Source: Acidilobus sp. | GTDB taxonomy: Archaea; Thermoproteota; Thermoprotei_A; Sulfolobales; Acidilobaceae | DNA length: 56,052 nt | Reading direction: 5' to 3' | NCBI GenBank assembly: GCA_028276005.1 | Contig: JAPWTO010000001.1 | Location: forward strand, 1 to 56,052 | In this document: one piece after another, positions 38,923 to 48,792 of the stretch | Numbering within the stretch: the first letter of the stretch is position 1 | Layout: each line of letters begins with the position of its first letter | Notes under the pieces: model-generated | Database searches by the model: none | Seen by the model: only the letters and a program-made list of their open reading frames with translations | What the model was told of the DNA's origin: nothing | Made by a program: the position numbers and the translations under genes

Positions 38923-39804
38923 TTGGCTGAGGTCAGGGTGATAGACGTAAGCCCTTATGACCTGAGGGGCTACATATCTTCGTTCGTCATAATAGATGAG
39001 AAGGTCGCCGTGGTGGACCCTGGGCCAGAGAGCTCGTACAGTAAGCTCAAGGAGGGCCTGGAAAGGCTCGGCGTCAGGCCTGACCTGATCTTCGTAACTC
39101 ACGTGCACCTTGACCACGCCGGCGCCGCGGCCCACCTACTGGCCGACTACAACAGCTCGGTAGTTTACGTTCACCCAAGGGGCGTACCCCACGTAGTTGA
39201 CCCAAGCAAGCTTTACTCGGCGGCCCTTGAGCTGACGCCGCTCCTCCCCCAGACCTACGGGAGGCCCCTCAACGCTGACCCGAGGAGGGTCATCCAGGCC
39301 GAGGACGGGCTGGTCGTGAGCCTTGGCTCATCCTCAATTAGGGTGCTTCACACCCCTGGCCATGCAAGCCATCACATGAGCCTGGTCCTGGAGCCCGAGG
39401 GCGTTCTCTTCACGGGGGACTCGGCAGGCGTCATCTTCAACTTCAGGGGGCTTGAGGTGCCTATGCCCACGAGCCCTCCGCCATTCAAGCCGAAGATGTA
39501 CCTTGAGAGCGTGGCCAAGATGGAGCGGCTGAGCCCCCGCAGGTTCGCACCAACGCACTTCGGGCTCCACGACGATGCTCCCAGATGGCTTAAGCTAGCG
39601 AGAGAGCAGGTGGTGAGGTGGCTTGAGGCAATAAGGTCAGCCGGACCCTCAAGCGACATACAGGCGCTCGAAAACGTGATAGGGTCCATAGAGCCATCTG
39701 TGGCCCAGTTGCTGAAGGGCAGTGAGGCCTTCGCCGTGAGGGGGTTCCTTGACACTACCATCATGGGCCTCAAGGACGCCCTTGAGAGAGGGGAGTGGCC
39801 TTAA
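38923..39804 (+). CDS. MBL-fold metallo-hydrolase
   Basis: VDPG, THVHLDHAG, TPGHASHH, FTGD, PTHFG. Start TTG 38923. Confidence 0.92.
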   Translation: MAEVRVIDVSPYDLRGYISSFVIIDEKVAVVDPGPESSYSKLKEGLERLGVRPDLIFVTHVHLDHAGAAAHLLADYNSSVVYVHPRGVPHVVDPSKLYSAALELTPLLPQTYGRPLNADPRRVIQAEDGLVVSLGSSSIRVLHTPGHASHHMSLVLEPEGVLFTGDSAGVIFNFRGLEVPMPTSPPPFKPKMYLESVAKMERLSPRRFAPTHFGLHDDAPRWLKLAREQVVRWLEAIRSAGPSSDIQALENVIGSIEPSVAQLLKGSEAFAVRGFLDTTIMGLKDALERGEWP

Positions 39805-40541
39805 GGCGCGGAGGACAACAGGTTAAGCAGTCCCTTCCTCAGGCCCTCAGCAAACTCCTTCTCCTTAACGACGACAGCTATTGCGTCACCTCCATAGGGG
39901 ACGCCTATTATCACCGTGTCGCAGGCCACCATGAGGTCCAGGAAGGCCGCGTCGGACTCAACTACCCTGAGGCCGTAGCCGCTGAGCTCCTCGGCCTCCT
40001 GGCGGTACCTCTCAAGGTACCCCTTTGGGACCGCCACAAGGGTTCCTGGCCCTGAGGACCTTACGAGCTCCTTCAGCGCGGAGAGGAGGACGTTCAGCCT
40101 CTCAAAGACCTTGCGGGCGAGGAAGACAGGCCTCTCGTTACAGCTGGAGGCTGTGGCCAGGGCGGCCCCCATTACCGAGTCAAGCCCCCTTACCAGGGTG
40201 ACCTCAGCTGGCCTGGCCCCAGGGGCGCTGCTGGAGAGATCCTTGGCCAGGGCGTCGATGTCGCTCGCCCTCTCCAGGGCCCTCGCCACCTCCCTCTTGG
40301 CCAAAGCCCCGAGGGACTGCAGCGGGTTCACGGCCTCAAAGACCCCCTCCCTCTCAATGACGAGCCCCATCTCCTGTAGCGACCTAAGCGTGTCATAGAT
40401 CCTCTGCACGGGGACCCCTGCCTGCTTAGCCACCTCCTGCGGCCTCATGGGGCCGGCCTTGAGGAGGACCAGGTAGGCGGAGGCCTGGTACTTGTTAAGG
40501 CCAAGTAAGGACCTCAGCCTCTGCTCCAGGTCCGCTGACAA
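39801..40541 (-). CDS. TrmB family transcriptional regulator
   Basis: LGLNKYQASAYLVLL...VPVQRIYDTLRSLQEMGLV. Confidence 0.88.
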   Translation of the reverse strand: MSADLEQRLRSLLGLNKYQASAYLVLLKAGPMRPQEVAKQAGVPVQRIYDTLRSLQEMGLVIEREGVFEAVNPLQSLGALAKREVARALERASDIDALAKDLSSSAPGARPAEVTLVRGLDSVMGAALATASSCNERPVFLARKVFERLNVLLSALKELVRSSGPGTLVAVPKGYLERYRQEAEELSGYGLRVVESDAAFLDLMVACDTVIIGVPYGGDAIAVVVKEKEFAEGLRKGLLNLLSSAP

Positions 40542-40581
40542 GCCCTTCCTCTTACCTCATAGATCCCTTAACCTTAAAGCG

Positions 40582-41553
40582 TTACGGCTGCTGGCCACCC
40601 TTTGCCGCCTGGCCCTCCCTGACCGCCCTCACGGCCCTCATGACGGCCTTTATGACCTCGCTTCTGGCCGGCTCCTCCTTGATCGTCTTACAGACGGCGT
40701 CTACAGCTATCACATAGGTCGTCTGGGAGGTATCAAGGATCTGAACGGAGGGCTCCCTGACAACGAAGTCCAGCTTGGAGACCTCCCCCTTGACCCTCTG
40801 TATCACCAGGTCAGGGTCGAGGTCCTTCGGGACCTCGTATTTCGTCCTCACCACCCTGTACTCGGCGTCGGAGTGGACGAAGATCGCCGCCTGGGCCATG
40901 ATGCTGTTCGGCACCTTCAGCGGGATATTGTCATCAGTTCGTATGACGGTATACATGAGCGTGATCTCCGTCACCACGCCCGTGTAGCCCGGCACCAGGA
41001 AGTCCTGGGAGAAGAACTTAGGTGGGTAGGTAGGGGCTAGCAGGCCGTACTGCCACGTCGTGAACGTTATCCTGTCGCCGACCCTGTAGGGCTTCGTGAC
41101 GATTATTGTGATGCCCCCTACGATGTTTGATAGCACGAACTGCGACGCCAGCCCTAGGACTAGGCCCGTGAAGCCGCCTGCCGCCAAGGCCTCGGCTATG
41201 CTCACCCTGATTATGGCGAGGAACCCTATGATTGCAATGACATACCCCACGAGCCTCGCAACAAAGGCGACGGAGGAGGCGTTAGCGGCCCCTATAGTTG
41301 GGGCCAGCGACGCCCTGATTCTTGAGCTAACTATGTGCGTGACGAGGACGCTGACGACCAGCCAGACGACGCCGTATAGGTAGTTCTCATAGGTCCCAGG
41401 TATCAACTTGTATTTGACCAGGAAGTAGGTGACCAGGACAGCCAGCGCAACAACGATAGCCGATGTTAAGAGCGCCCTGACGTAGGAGGGCCTTCTGTGC
41501 CGTAGGCCTTCACCGCTGTGGCGCAAAGGGTTGACGGCTTTATGGGTAACCAA
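40582..41553 (-). CDS. MscS small-conductance mechanosensitive channel
   Basis: GLVLGLASQFVLSNIVGG, KPYRVGDRI, VPNS. Start uncertain. Confidence 0.9.
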   Translation of the reverse strand: MVTHKAVNPLRHSGEGLRHRRPSYVRALLTSAIVVALAVLVTYFLVKYKLIPGTYENYLYGVVWLVVSVLVTHIVSSRIRASLAPTIGAANASSVAFVARLVGYVIAIIGFLAIIRVSIAEALAAGGFTGLVLGLASQFVLSNIVGGITIIVTKPYRVGDRITFTTWQYGLLAPTYPPKFFSQDFLVPGYTGVVTEITLMYTVIRTDDNIPLKVPNSIMAQAAIFVHSDAEYRVVRTKYEVPKDLDPDLVIQRVKGEVSKLDFVVREPSVQILDTSQTTYVIAVDAVCKTIKEEPARSEVIKAVMRAVRAVREGQAAKGGQQP

Positions 41554-41633
41554 GAGGGTCGGCGTGGCTAGAACAGGAGAGCAGGCGGCGTAGCGTCAGC
41601 TAAGCCTTTTACCTTGCGACCCCGTTAAGCACA

Positions 41634-41695
41634 GGGCCGATGAGGGAAGTAGCCATCGCCTGAGAGGCGTGATGTGCCACGCAGGCCCTGAGGCC
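41634..41695 (+). ncRNA. Probable C/D box guide sRNA
   Basis: C box CCGATGA (41637-43), D' CTGA (41660-63), C' GTGATGT (41669-75), D CTGA (41688-91), terminal GGCC/GGCC stem, intergenic. Confidence 0.7.
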
Positions 41696-41742
41696 AGCTT
41701 AGCTTAAAAATGTAATGCTCACCGCCCCAGAGGGGTCGGGCC

Positions 41743-43020
41743 TTGTCCGCGGGAAGGCCTCTTGTCCTCTACGACGGGCTCATATTTGACGGAACTGGGA
41801 GGCAGCCCTTCAGGGGCACGGTTGTGGTCAAGGGGAGCGAGATAAGCGACGTTGGCACAAGGGGCGAGGTCAGCGTCCCAGGGGAGGCCGAGGTCATAGA
41901 CCTAAGGGGCAAGTTCCTCATGCCTGGCCTCATAGACGCTCACCTTCACCTGACGGGGTCAAGGAGCGGCAGGATAGAGGAGGACCTCTTGACGCCCATA
42001 GGGGTGTTCTTCGCCAGGGCCGTCAGGGACCTGGAGGCCCTGGCCAGGAGCGGCTTCACGACGGTTGTCGACGCGGGCAGCATAGTAGGGCTTCACCTGA
42101 GGGACGCAGTCAAGGAGGGGACCATAGCCGGTCCGAGGGTTGTGGCAGCAGGCCCTGTCCTCAGCCAGACCTTCGGGCACGGGGACGTCCACTACCTCCC
42201 CGTCGAGTGGGTCGACTACAGGACCACGAGAAAGATCACGCCGTTTGCGTCCCTGATATGCGACGGCCCTGACGAGTGCAGGAAGGCCGCCAGGTACGCC
42301 ATGAGGGAGGGGGCCGACTTCATAAAGGTCATGGCGTCAGGAGGCGTGCTGAGCCAGAGGGACAGGCCGGAGTACAGGCAGTTCACCCTCGAGGAGCTTG
42401 GCGCCATAGTTGACGAGGCCAGGGCGGCGGGCAGGTGGGTTCACGCCCACGCTGAGGGCAAGGCGGGCATAATCAACGCGGCCAGGGCCGGGGTTAAGGT
42501 CATAGCCCACTGCGACCTGATGGATGAGGAGGCGGCCCAGGAGGTGATCAGGGCAGGCGCCCTCTGCGTCCCCACGTTCGCCATTGACTACAGGCTCCTC
42601 CAGGAGGGCCAGAGGCTGGGGGTCCCAGAGTGGGGCATGAGGAAGATAGCTGAGCTGTCGGACATACACCTTGAGAACATCAAGAGGGCCTACAGGATGG
42701 GCGTTAAGATGGCCACCGGGACCGACTTCTCGGGCGGCGTCGGCAGGCACGGCGAGAACGCCGAGGAGATAGAGATATTCGTTGAGAAGGTCGGCATGAC
42801 GTCTGTGGAGGCCCTGATGGCGGCGACCAGGAACGCGGCCACAGCGGCTGGCCTTGAGGGCAGGGCGGGCGTGATAGACAAGGGCTACCTTGCAGACTTA
42901 GTAGTGGTTGACGGGAACCCGCTAGATGACGTCAAGGTCCTGAGGGACCAGTCAAAGGTAGTCCTCGTCCTGAGGGACGGCACAGTGCTGAAGGACCTGC
43001 TTGGCGTCAAGAGCAGTTAG
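41743..43020 (+). CDS. Metal-dependent amidohydrolase (Xaa-Pro dipeptidase-like)
   Basis: PGLIDAHLH, ADFIKVMASGG, HAHA, IAH, GTD, GYLADLVV. Confidence 0.92.
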   Translation: MSAGRPLVLYDGLIFDGTGRQPFRGTVVVKGSEISDVGTRGEVSVPGEAEVIDLRGKFLMPGLIDAHLHLTGSRSGRIEEDLLTPIGVFFARAVRDLEALARSGFTTVVDAGSIVGLHLRDAVKEGTIAGPRVVAAGPVLSQTFGHGDVHYLPVEWVDYRTTRKITPFASLICDGPDECRKAARYAMREGADFIKVMASGGVLSQRDRPEYRQFTLEELGAIVDEARAAGRWVHAHAEGKAGIINAARAGVKVIAHCDLMDEEAAQEVIRAGALCVPTFAIDYRLLQEGQRLGVPEWGMRKIAELSDIHLENIKRAYRMGVKMATGTDFSGGVGRHGENAEEIEIFVEKVGMTSVEALMAATRNAATAAGLEGRAGVIDKGYLADLVVVDGNPLDDVKVLRDQSKVVLVLRDGTVLKDLLGVKSS

Positions 43021-43062
43021 TAGAGGTCAAGAGACAAAGTTGTTGGGCGCTCGCGGCCTCTA

Positions 43063-43809
43063 TCACACCTGTTTGCAGAGGCCTAGGAACGCCTGGGCGT
43101 CGTCCTTCATGTAGACGTTGTTGAACATGACGTAGGTATCACCTCTGGCCGCGGGCTCGCGGGCCTTCTCGCACAGGGCCCTCAGGTCCCCCTCCTTGTA
43201 CTTGTACCTGTAATTGACCTCCCCCCGCCCAATGCCGTGAAGCCTGAAGTATGTCACAGCGGCCTCCTTGACTGGGCTGGCCCTGAAGGGGTCAACCACG
43301 TGGATGACGCCGTCTATGTCCCCTATGACCTTCAGGACCTCCTCGGGCCTCTCCCTCCACGTGCCCCTGGGCTCCCAGCCGATGACGAAGTCCCTTGATA
43401 CAATAGTCCTGAAGAACTCCCTTGCCTGCCTGGCGTTCTCCTCGCTGAAGCCGAAGCTGGGGGAGGTCTGGATTACCACGACCCTGGTCCCCAGAGCCCT
43501 CGCCGCCTTGGCCACCAGGTCCCAGGCCTCGAGGTTCTCCCTTGTGGTCCTCAGGTTGCCGTACCTGTCAGCTAGCTCAGCTGGCGGCCTCCACTTGGAC
43601 CTCCTCCAGGTGGGCGAGCTGAGCGGGTGAGTTACGGCCTGCCAGGCCTTCATGGTGAAGGCGAAGCCCTCAGGGGCCTCGGACCTAAGTCTTGAGAGCC
43701 TCTCAGGGTCAGGCCTGTCATAAAAGGTGTCCTGGAGCTCAACGACGTTGAAGGCCTTGTAGTAGGAGGACCTGCCCATGCACCATCCACAGCAGCCTGC
43801 CCTGAGCAC
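43063..43809 (-). CDS. DUF72 family protein
   Basis: GCCGW, VELQDTFY, KAWQAVTH, WEPRG, YFRLHG, MFNN. Confidence 0.9.
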   Translation of the reverse strand: MLRAGCCGWCMGRSSYYKAFNVVELQDTFYDRPDPERLSRLRSEAPEGFAFTMKAWQAVTHPLSSPTWRRSKWRPPAELADRYGNLRTTRENLEAWDLVAKAARALGTRVVVIQTSPSFGFSEENARQAREFFRTIVSRDFVIGWEPRGTWRERPEEVLKVIGDIDGVIHVVDPFRASPVKEAAVTYFRLHGIGRGEVNYRYKYKEGDLRALCEKAREPAARGDTYVMFNNVYMKDDAQAFLGLCKQV

Positions 43810-43903
43810 GAGGGTCCCAGTGACCGTAGTCAGGGCCGAGCTTATAGTGGGGAGAACGGGTTACCAAGCAAAAGCCGGAAGTAAAGTTCAGGACCGCGAG
43901 CCA

Positions 43904-44593
43904 CTAAGGCAAGGAGAGCCTAACAGGCATAGCGAGCCAGGGCGCCAGGAGCCTGAAAGCAGCCACTATGATAACGGCTGTGAGGGGGACCGTCACGTTA
44001 TCGTCTATCGCCCTGAGCCTCTCCGCGAGCGACGATGCCACAGCTGAGGCCAGCCCTGCGGCCCCAGCCCCCACTAGGCCGAGGGCTGAGCAGATGGCCA
44101 GCATGGCAAGGGTTCCATCCCACATCTTCTCCCTCCTCCCGTGGCGTGACCTGACCACGCCGGTAACGCCGTCACCTAGTGACATGTAGAGGGCCGCTAT
44201 GGACCCCGCTATGAGGTCCCCTATAAGGAGCCACGAGAGCAGCATAGCGACCCCCCACATGGCCGAGAACGTTACCTCATTCCTGTTGCCGGGCTCCTGG
44301 AACCACCTCATCGGCCTGAGCCTCCTCCTGAGGGCCACGTAGGCTGTCGCCAGGGCGGCCGTCGAGACCGGGTACACTGGGTTGTTGAAGAGCAGAGGCG
44401 TCAGGGCGGCGGGCACACCGCCGGCCAGTATGTGAACGAGCTTCCTCGTGAGGTACCTAGCCATGCCCTCGTTCTTCAAGGCCCTTAACGCAGACTCGTA
44501 GTACCGCCTGGATATGCCTGAGGTCACATAGTAGACCCAGAGCGTTAACATCGCGGCAGCGCTTAGCTGAATAGCGAAGTTCAGTTGTGTCAA
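43904..44593 (-). CDS. Dolichol/phytol kinase - cytidylyltransferase family membrane protein
   Basis: RKLVHI, GDGVTG, KMWDG, DDNVTVP. Start TTG 44593, downstream of TTTTAAAA. Confidence 0.8.
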   Translation of the reverse strand: MTQLNFAIQLSAAAMLTLWVYYVTSGISRRYYESALRALKNEGMARYLTRKLVHILAGGVPAALTPLLFNNPVYPVSTAALATAYVALRRRLRPMRWFQEPGNRNEVTFSAMWGVAMLLSWLLIGDLIAGSIAALYMSLGDGVTGVVRSRHGRREKMWDGTLAMLAICSALGLVGAGAAGLASAVASSLAERLRAIDDNVTVPLTAVIIVAAFRLLAPWLAMPVRLSLP

Positions 44594-44634
44594 GCTCTGC
44601 GCTGTTTCACCGAAGGATTTTTGGCTTTTTAAAA

Positions 44635-45819
44635 TTATCTCGTGGCCGCCATCAGGAGGCCGGCGGCCGCGGCTGTCGCCGCCAGGGGAAGGCCCCAGAA
44701 GGCGTAAGGTCCTGCCAACAGGGCCGGCCCGCCCAGGAAGGAGCCCGTCAGGGAGCCCAACTCCTTGAGGACAGCGTACGTGTGGACGTTGTACCCGAGG
44801 CCGTAGCTTAGGAAGAGCTTGTAGAGGGTCAGCTCTATGGACGCGAAGAGCACCAGCGAGACCACCACGTAGAGGGCTAGGTCTACCAGTCCCTTTACAA
44901 GCAACAGCGCAAAGGCCATCCACAGCCCCCTCGTGACAATGAGCGTCGCAACTACGGCAGCGCTAGCGCTGTAGGCCTCCACCAAAACCATGAGGGCGGC
45001 GGCCACGAGGCCCGCAACGCCAAAGGCCATGGCGTACTGGCCGAAGGTCATGCTCTCCGAGCGAAGGTAAAGGGGGAGCGCTGTCAGGTAGTAGTCGCCC
45101 ACGAAGGCCGCAAGGGCCGCCGAAGCCGCGATCGTGACGGGCGAGGCCCTGACCTTCCTCGTGGCTGAGGAGGCCTCGTAAATAATGCCGTACCTGCCCC
45201 CTATCAGCGCCGCCACAGAGGCGTTGTAGAGGCCCAGGCCTGACAGGCCCGTGAAGACCCTCTGAAGCCTCCTCTCAAGCAACGTCACTGAGGGGGGCAG
45301 GCTTGAGATGAACGCTAGTCCCAACGCTGTCGCCGCGGCCAACGTAGCTACGATCGGCCCGTACTCGCCGATGAGCGGCGTCAGGAGCGCTATGATGAGT
45401 AGCGAGAGGCCCCTGATGACCTGAAGCCCCACCCTCTGCTCAGCGGACCTAAGGCTCCACGACTGGCCTGGCGTAAGCTCAAGTATACTTGTTGAAAACG
45501 CGAGGTTAGCGGATGCTGAAGAGACCGCATGAACGAGGTAGGCGAGCCCTATGATTACAACTGACCCGCGAGAGAGGCTGAAGAGGAGCAGGGCAACGAC
45601 TATGCTGACGGCCGAGATCATCGCCAGCCCCCTGTGGTCGCCGCGGTCGGCTAACCTGCCCAGCAGCTCGTTGGAGAGTATGAAGACGACGCTCCAGAGG
45701 CCGCCTATTGCTGAGAACTCTATATCGCTCACCCTTGGGTTGAAGCCTAAGTAGTTGAACATAGCGAAGTCAGCGAGCGAGATGGCGGCGAGGTAAACCA
45801 CGCCAACGCTGAACCACAA
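44635..45819 (-). CDS. MFS-like membrane protein
   Basis: GRLADRG motif A-like sequence, about 12 TM. Confidence 0.7.
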   Translation of the reverse strand: MWFSVGVVYLAAISLADFAMFNYLGFNPRVSDIEFSAIGGLWSVVFILSNELLGRLADRGDHRGLAMISAVSIVVALLLFSLSRGSVVIIGLAYLVHAVSSASANLAFSTSILELTPGQSWSLRSAEQRVGLQVIRGLSLLIIALLTPLIGEYGPIVATLAAATALGLAFISSLPPSVTLLERRLQRVFTGLSGLGLYNASVAALIGGRYGIIYEASSATRKVRASPVTIAASAALAAFVGDYYLTALPLYLRSESMTFGQYAMAFGVAGLVAAALMVLVEAYSASAAVVATLIVTRGLWMAFALLLVKGLVDLALYVVVSLVLFASIELTLYKLFLSYGLGYNVHTYAVLKELGSLTGSFLGGPALLAGPYAFWGLPLAATAAAAGLLMAATR

Positions 45820-46052
45820 GGCAGACCCCTAACACAGCTGATGATGGGCAGGGGAAGTTAAGGGAGGAGGCCCTTGGCTGGGTCGCGTTGCCGCTACCTG
45901 CCTTGGACGGACCTTCCAGGCCTAGCAGGGTGGCGTTGAACAAGGTTACGGGCTCGCGGCCTTAACGGCTGGCAGCGGCTTCGCCTTGGCGTGACAAATA
46001 TTAAGAATACTGTTATAAAGGAGACTTATACAGTCCAGCAGGGGAAGCCAGC

Positions 46053-46727
46053 TTGTCCCAGGTGGTCAGTGAGGTCTACAGGGTCCTGATACCTGAGACC
46101 TATGGCAACGCCTACGTCGTTGTGAGGGGAGGGAGGGCCGTAATAGTTGACACCGGGATACCCGGCAAGGCCCAGGCCATCCTTAACGCCCTTCAGAAGG
46201 CGGGGCTCTCGCCTTCATCAGTTGACGCCATAGTTCTGACGCACTTCCACTTGGACCACTCGGGGAGCGCCGAGGAGCTGAGGGCCGCCACCGGGGCCAA
46301 GGTATACGTTCACGAGGCAGACGCGCCTTACCTCCAGGGCCTTCAGCCCCCGCCCTTCCCGAAGGAGGCGCCGAGGGAGACGTTAGAGGCCTATAGGCTC
46401 TTCAAGCCCGTGAGGCCTGACTCCCTCCTGAAGGACGGGGACGAGGTAGCGGGCCTCAGGGTCATCCACATACCGGGCCACACGCCAGGCTCAATAGCCC
46501 TCTACGATGGGACCCTGCTCTTCTCGGGCGACACGCTGAACGTCCGCGAGGGGAGGGTTCAGGGCCCGCCGCCCCAGTACACCGCCGATATGGGGCAGGC
46601 CATAGCGTCGGTGAGGAAGCTTCTCTCGCTTAAGTTTGACGTCCTTTTGCCAGGCCACGGAGATCCAGTAGTTGGGAGGGCCAGCGAAAAAGCCCTTCAG
46701 GATCTGGCCGGTCTGATTAAGGACTAG
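46053..46727 (+). CDS. MBL-fold metallo-hydrolase (glyoxalase II-like)
   Basis: VDTG, THFHLDHSG, PGHTPG, SGD, PGHG. Confidence 0.92.
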   Translation: MSQVVSEVYRVLIPETYGNAYVVVRGGRAVIVDTGIPGKAQAILNALQKAGLSPSSVDAIVLTHFHLDHSGSAEELRAATGAKVYVHEADAPYLQGLQPPPFPKEAPRETLEAYRLFKPVRPDSLLKDGDEVAGLRVIHIPGHTPGSIALYDGTLLFSGDTLNVREGRVQGPPPQYTADMGQAIASVRKLLSLKFDVLLPGHGDPVVGRASEKALQDLAGLIKD

Positions 46728-47323
46728 CGCGGCCGGGCCTCGGCCGTCGCCAGCGAGGCCCCGAACCCGAGGGCCCACGCGAGGTTAGGGTAGACTATGA
46801 GCCTCTCCATGCCTCCCCAGCCGAGGCCGGCGTAGTAGCCCATCGCGTAAAGGACTAGGGATATGAGGCCTATGGTCCCGAGGATCCCCCAGAGCGGGCT
46901 GCCTCCCCCTCTCCTCACCGAGGCCGGGTAGGACGAGAGCGAGGCGAAGAGGAACGTTATGAGGGAGGATATGGTGTGCAGGTGGTATGGCGAGCCCTCA
47001 GGGAAGAGGCCGACGCCAAGGGCGCCGAAGCCCGCTAGGAAGACCAGGGCGCCGAGGACCTTGTCAAGCCTTGGCCTTAGCGTCAGGAAGAGGGCCCCAG
47101 CGACCATCAGTAGCACACCAAGGAGGCCGACTGAGCTGTTGAAGATAGCGGCGTGAGGCGTCGTAGGCTCATAGCGAGGGTTGCCCAGATCACTTATGTA
47201 GTTATGGGAAACGCTGTAGCCTGGGTATATCGCCTCAGCGACTATAAGCAACAGGAGGAACTGAACCACGCCTATGGTCGTCAGGTAGCCCGCCAGACGC
47301 TCCCTATTCACCGTCTTTCCCAT
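46724..47323 (-). CDS. DUF998 family membrane protein
   Basis: YPGYSVSHNYISDLG, IFN, GVGLFPE, GGMERL. Confidence 0.85.
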   Translation of the reverse strand: MGKTVNRERLAGYLTTIGVVQFLLLLIVAEAIYPGYSVSHNYISDLGNPRYEPTTPHAAIFNSSVGLLGVLLMVAGALFLTLRPRLDKVLGALVFLAGFGALGVGLFPEGSPYHLHTISSLITFLFASLSSYPASVRRGGGSPLWGILGTIGLISLVLYAMGYYAGLGWGGMERLIVYPNLAWALGFGASLATAEARPR

Positions 47324-47535
47324 AGTGTGTAGGCGTTGGCTTATTTTAAATCTTTATTTAACAAAGCGTTATACAGTGCAATAGAAAGCCAATATTTGTA
47401 TACCTTTGTTGAGGTAGTGATAAGTCAGCTAAGTTAACTACATAGACCCTTCAAGCCTTTCAACTGACTCTCAGGCCGAAAATGGGCGTGAGCCTGCTTT
47501 TATAGTGATGGACCCAGGAAGAGCGCGCCGGCTGG

Positions 47536-47829
47536 GTGGGCACGATAGCCCCTAGGGTTAGGCTTGTGAGGCTTGGGCCCGTTAGGTCAACGCCAAGGGG
47601 TCTGCTAGTGCTTAGAGTAGGAGACCTTGACCCTAGGGGCTTCAGGAGGGGGCTTATGGTCCTCACTGGCGACGGAAGGAGGGTCGGGACGACCTATGAC
47701 GTGATCGGGGGCGTCAGGTCACCATACGTCGTGGTCAGGCTCGACCCAGGCGTTGAGGTTCGTGAGGGCGAGGAGCTGTACGTGGCCCTTAGGCCCAGCC
47801 CGCCCAGCCGAGGTAGACGCAGGAGGTGA
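47536..47829 (+). CDS. gar1: H/ACA RNP protein Gar1/Naf1
   Basis: VGTTYDVIGGVRSPYVVV; immediately upstream of a TFB gene. Confidence 0.8.
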   Translation: MGTIAPRVRLVRLGPVRSTPRGLLVLRVGDLDPRGFRRGLMVLTGDGRRVGTTYDVIGGVRSPYVVVRLDPGVEVREGEELYVALRPSPPSRGRRRR

Positions 47830-47835
47830 GTTCCC

Positions 47836-48762
47836 TTGACCAGGTGTCCGCGGTGCGGGAGCGAGATGATTGAGGACGATGGCAGGCTGGTCTGTCCCGT
47901 CTGCGGTTACGTTATGGAGGACTCGCTAATATCAGACGGCCCTGAGTGGAGGTTCTTCTCAGGAAGTGGCGTGAAGGGGCTTGAGAGGGCAAGCCTGACC
48001 AACGACCCCCTAATGCACGACTACGGGGTTGGCGTCCACAGGTTCGTGCCGAACAGGGGCAGGTCTGTGCTCAACAGGATCAGGCCAATTAGGACGAGGT
48101 TCTCGGGGCCTCATCCAATAATGAAGGGCGAGAATGCGGCCGTCGAGCTGTTCGTTAAGGCAAACGAGGTCGCCAGCCACTTTGAGCTGCCTCAGAGCGC
48201 CCAGAACCTGCTCGGGACAATCCTGCACAGATACGCTGACAAGGTCAAGAGGTTCGGCGGGCGCGAGAAGACCCAGGTTCTGGCGGCGGCTCTGGAGAAG
48301 GTCGTGGAGGTCCTGAACCTGGGCATATCTAAGGGCGAGATAAAGGCGTACTTTGAGATCGACGATAATGACCTCTGGGAAGGGATGAGGAAGCTTAACG
48401 AGACAGGGGCGCTCGACGTGCTGAAGTACGTTGAGGCCGACAAGTACCGCAACTCCACCGACAGGGTCCTGGAGAGAACATTAACCTACATAGTCAGGAT
48501 AATCTCGGCCCTGAACCTGCCTCAGAACCTTAGCACGCAGGCCCTTGACTTCGTCAGGAAGTCACTTAGCGTGGCGGGAAAGACACCGTACGGCAAGAAG
48601 CCTGAGGCGCTAGCGGCGGCCGCCGTTTACCTCGTGGCGAGGCTCAACGGCTATGAGGTCAGCCAGACCGACGTGGCCAACGTTGTCAACCTGAAGGAGT
48701 CAACGGTCAGGAAGCTCTACAGGTTCCTCATGGACGGAATGGTCGTAGTTGTTGACGTTTAG
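47836..48762 (+). CDS. tfb: Transcription factor B paralog (TFB2-type)
   Basis: Zn ribbon CPRC...CPVCG, GPEWRFF, cyclin repeat GKKPEALAAAAVY, ESTVRK. Confidence 0.88.
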   Translation: MTRCPRCGSEMIEDDGRLVCPVCGYVMEDSLISDGPEWRFFSGSGVKGLERASLTNDPLMHDYGVGVHRFVPNRGRSVLNRIRPIRTRFSGPHPIMKGENAAVELFVKANEVASHFELPQSAQNLLGTILHRYADKVKRFGGREKTQVLAAALEKVVEVLNLGISKGEIKAYFEIDDNDLWEGMRKLNETGALDVLKYVEADKYRNSTDRVLERTLTYIVRIISALNLPQNLSTQALDFVRKSLSVAGKTPYGKKPEALAAAAVYLVARLNGYEVSQTDVANVVNLKESTVRKLYRFLMDGMVVVVDV

Positions 48763-48770
48763 CGGCTGAT

Positions 48771-48792
48771 CCTCCTGCCCTGAAAGGCGAGG
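48771..48792. repeat. Second copy of the intergenic hairpin motif
   Basis: CCTCCTGCCCTGAAAGGCGAGG followed by ATTTTT, just after the tfb stop. Confidence 0.4.

Noticed and set aside
41645-41658. Similarity of GGAAGTAGCCATC to the 23S rRNA GTPase-centre sequence
   Set aside because: Same sense as the rRNA, short and imperfect; cannot act as an antisense guide and is probably chance
44594-44923. N-terminal extension of the dolichol kinase-like ORF
   Set aside because: An alternative frame overlapping the upstream MFS-like gene; a TATA box lies just before 44593
45838-45860. CTGATGA as the C box of a second C/D sRNA
   Set aside because: No suitably spaced D' or D (CTGA) boxes follow
47335-47445. 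AT-rich region as a replication origin
   Set aside because: No ORB repeats and no cdc6/orc1 gene nearby
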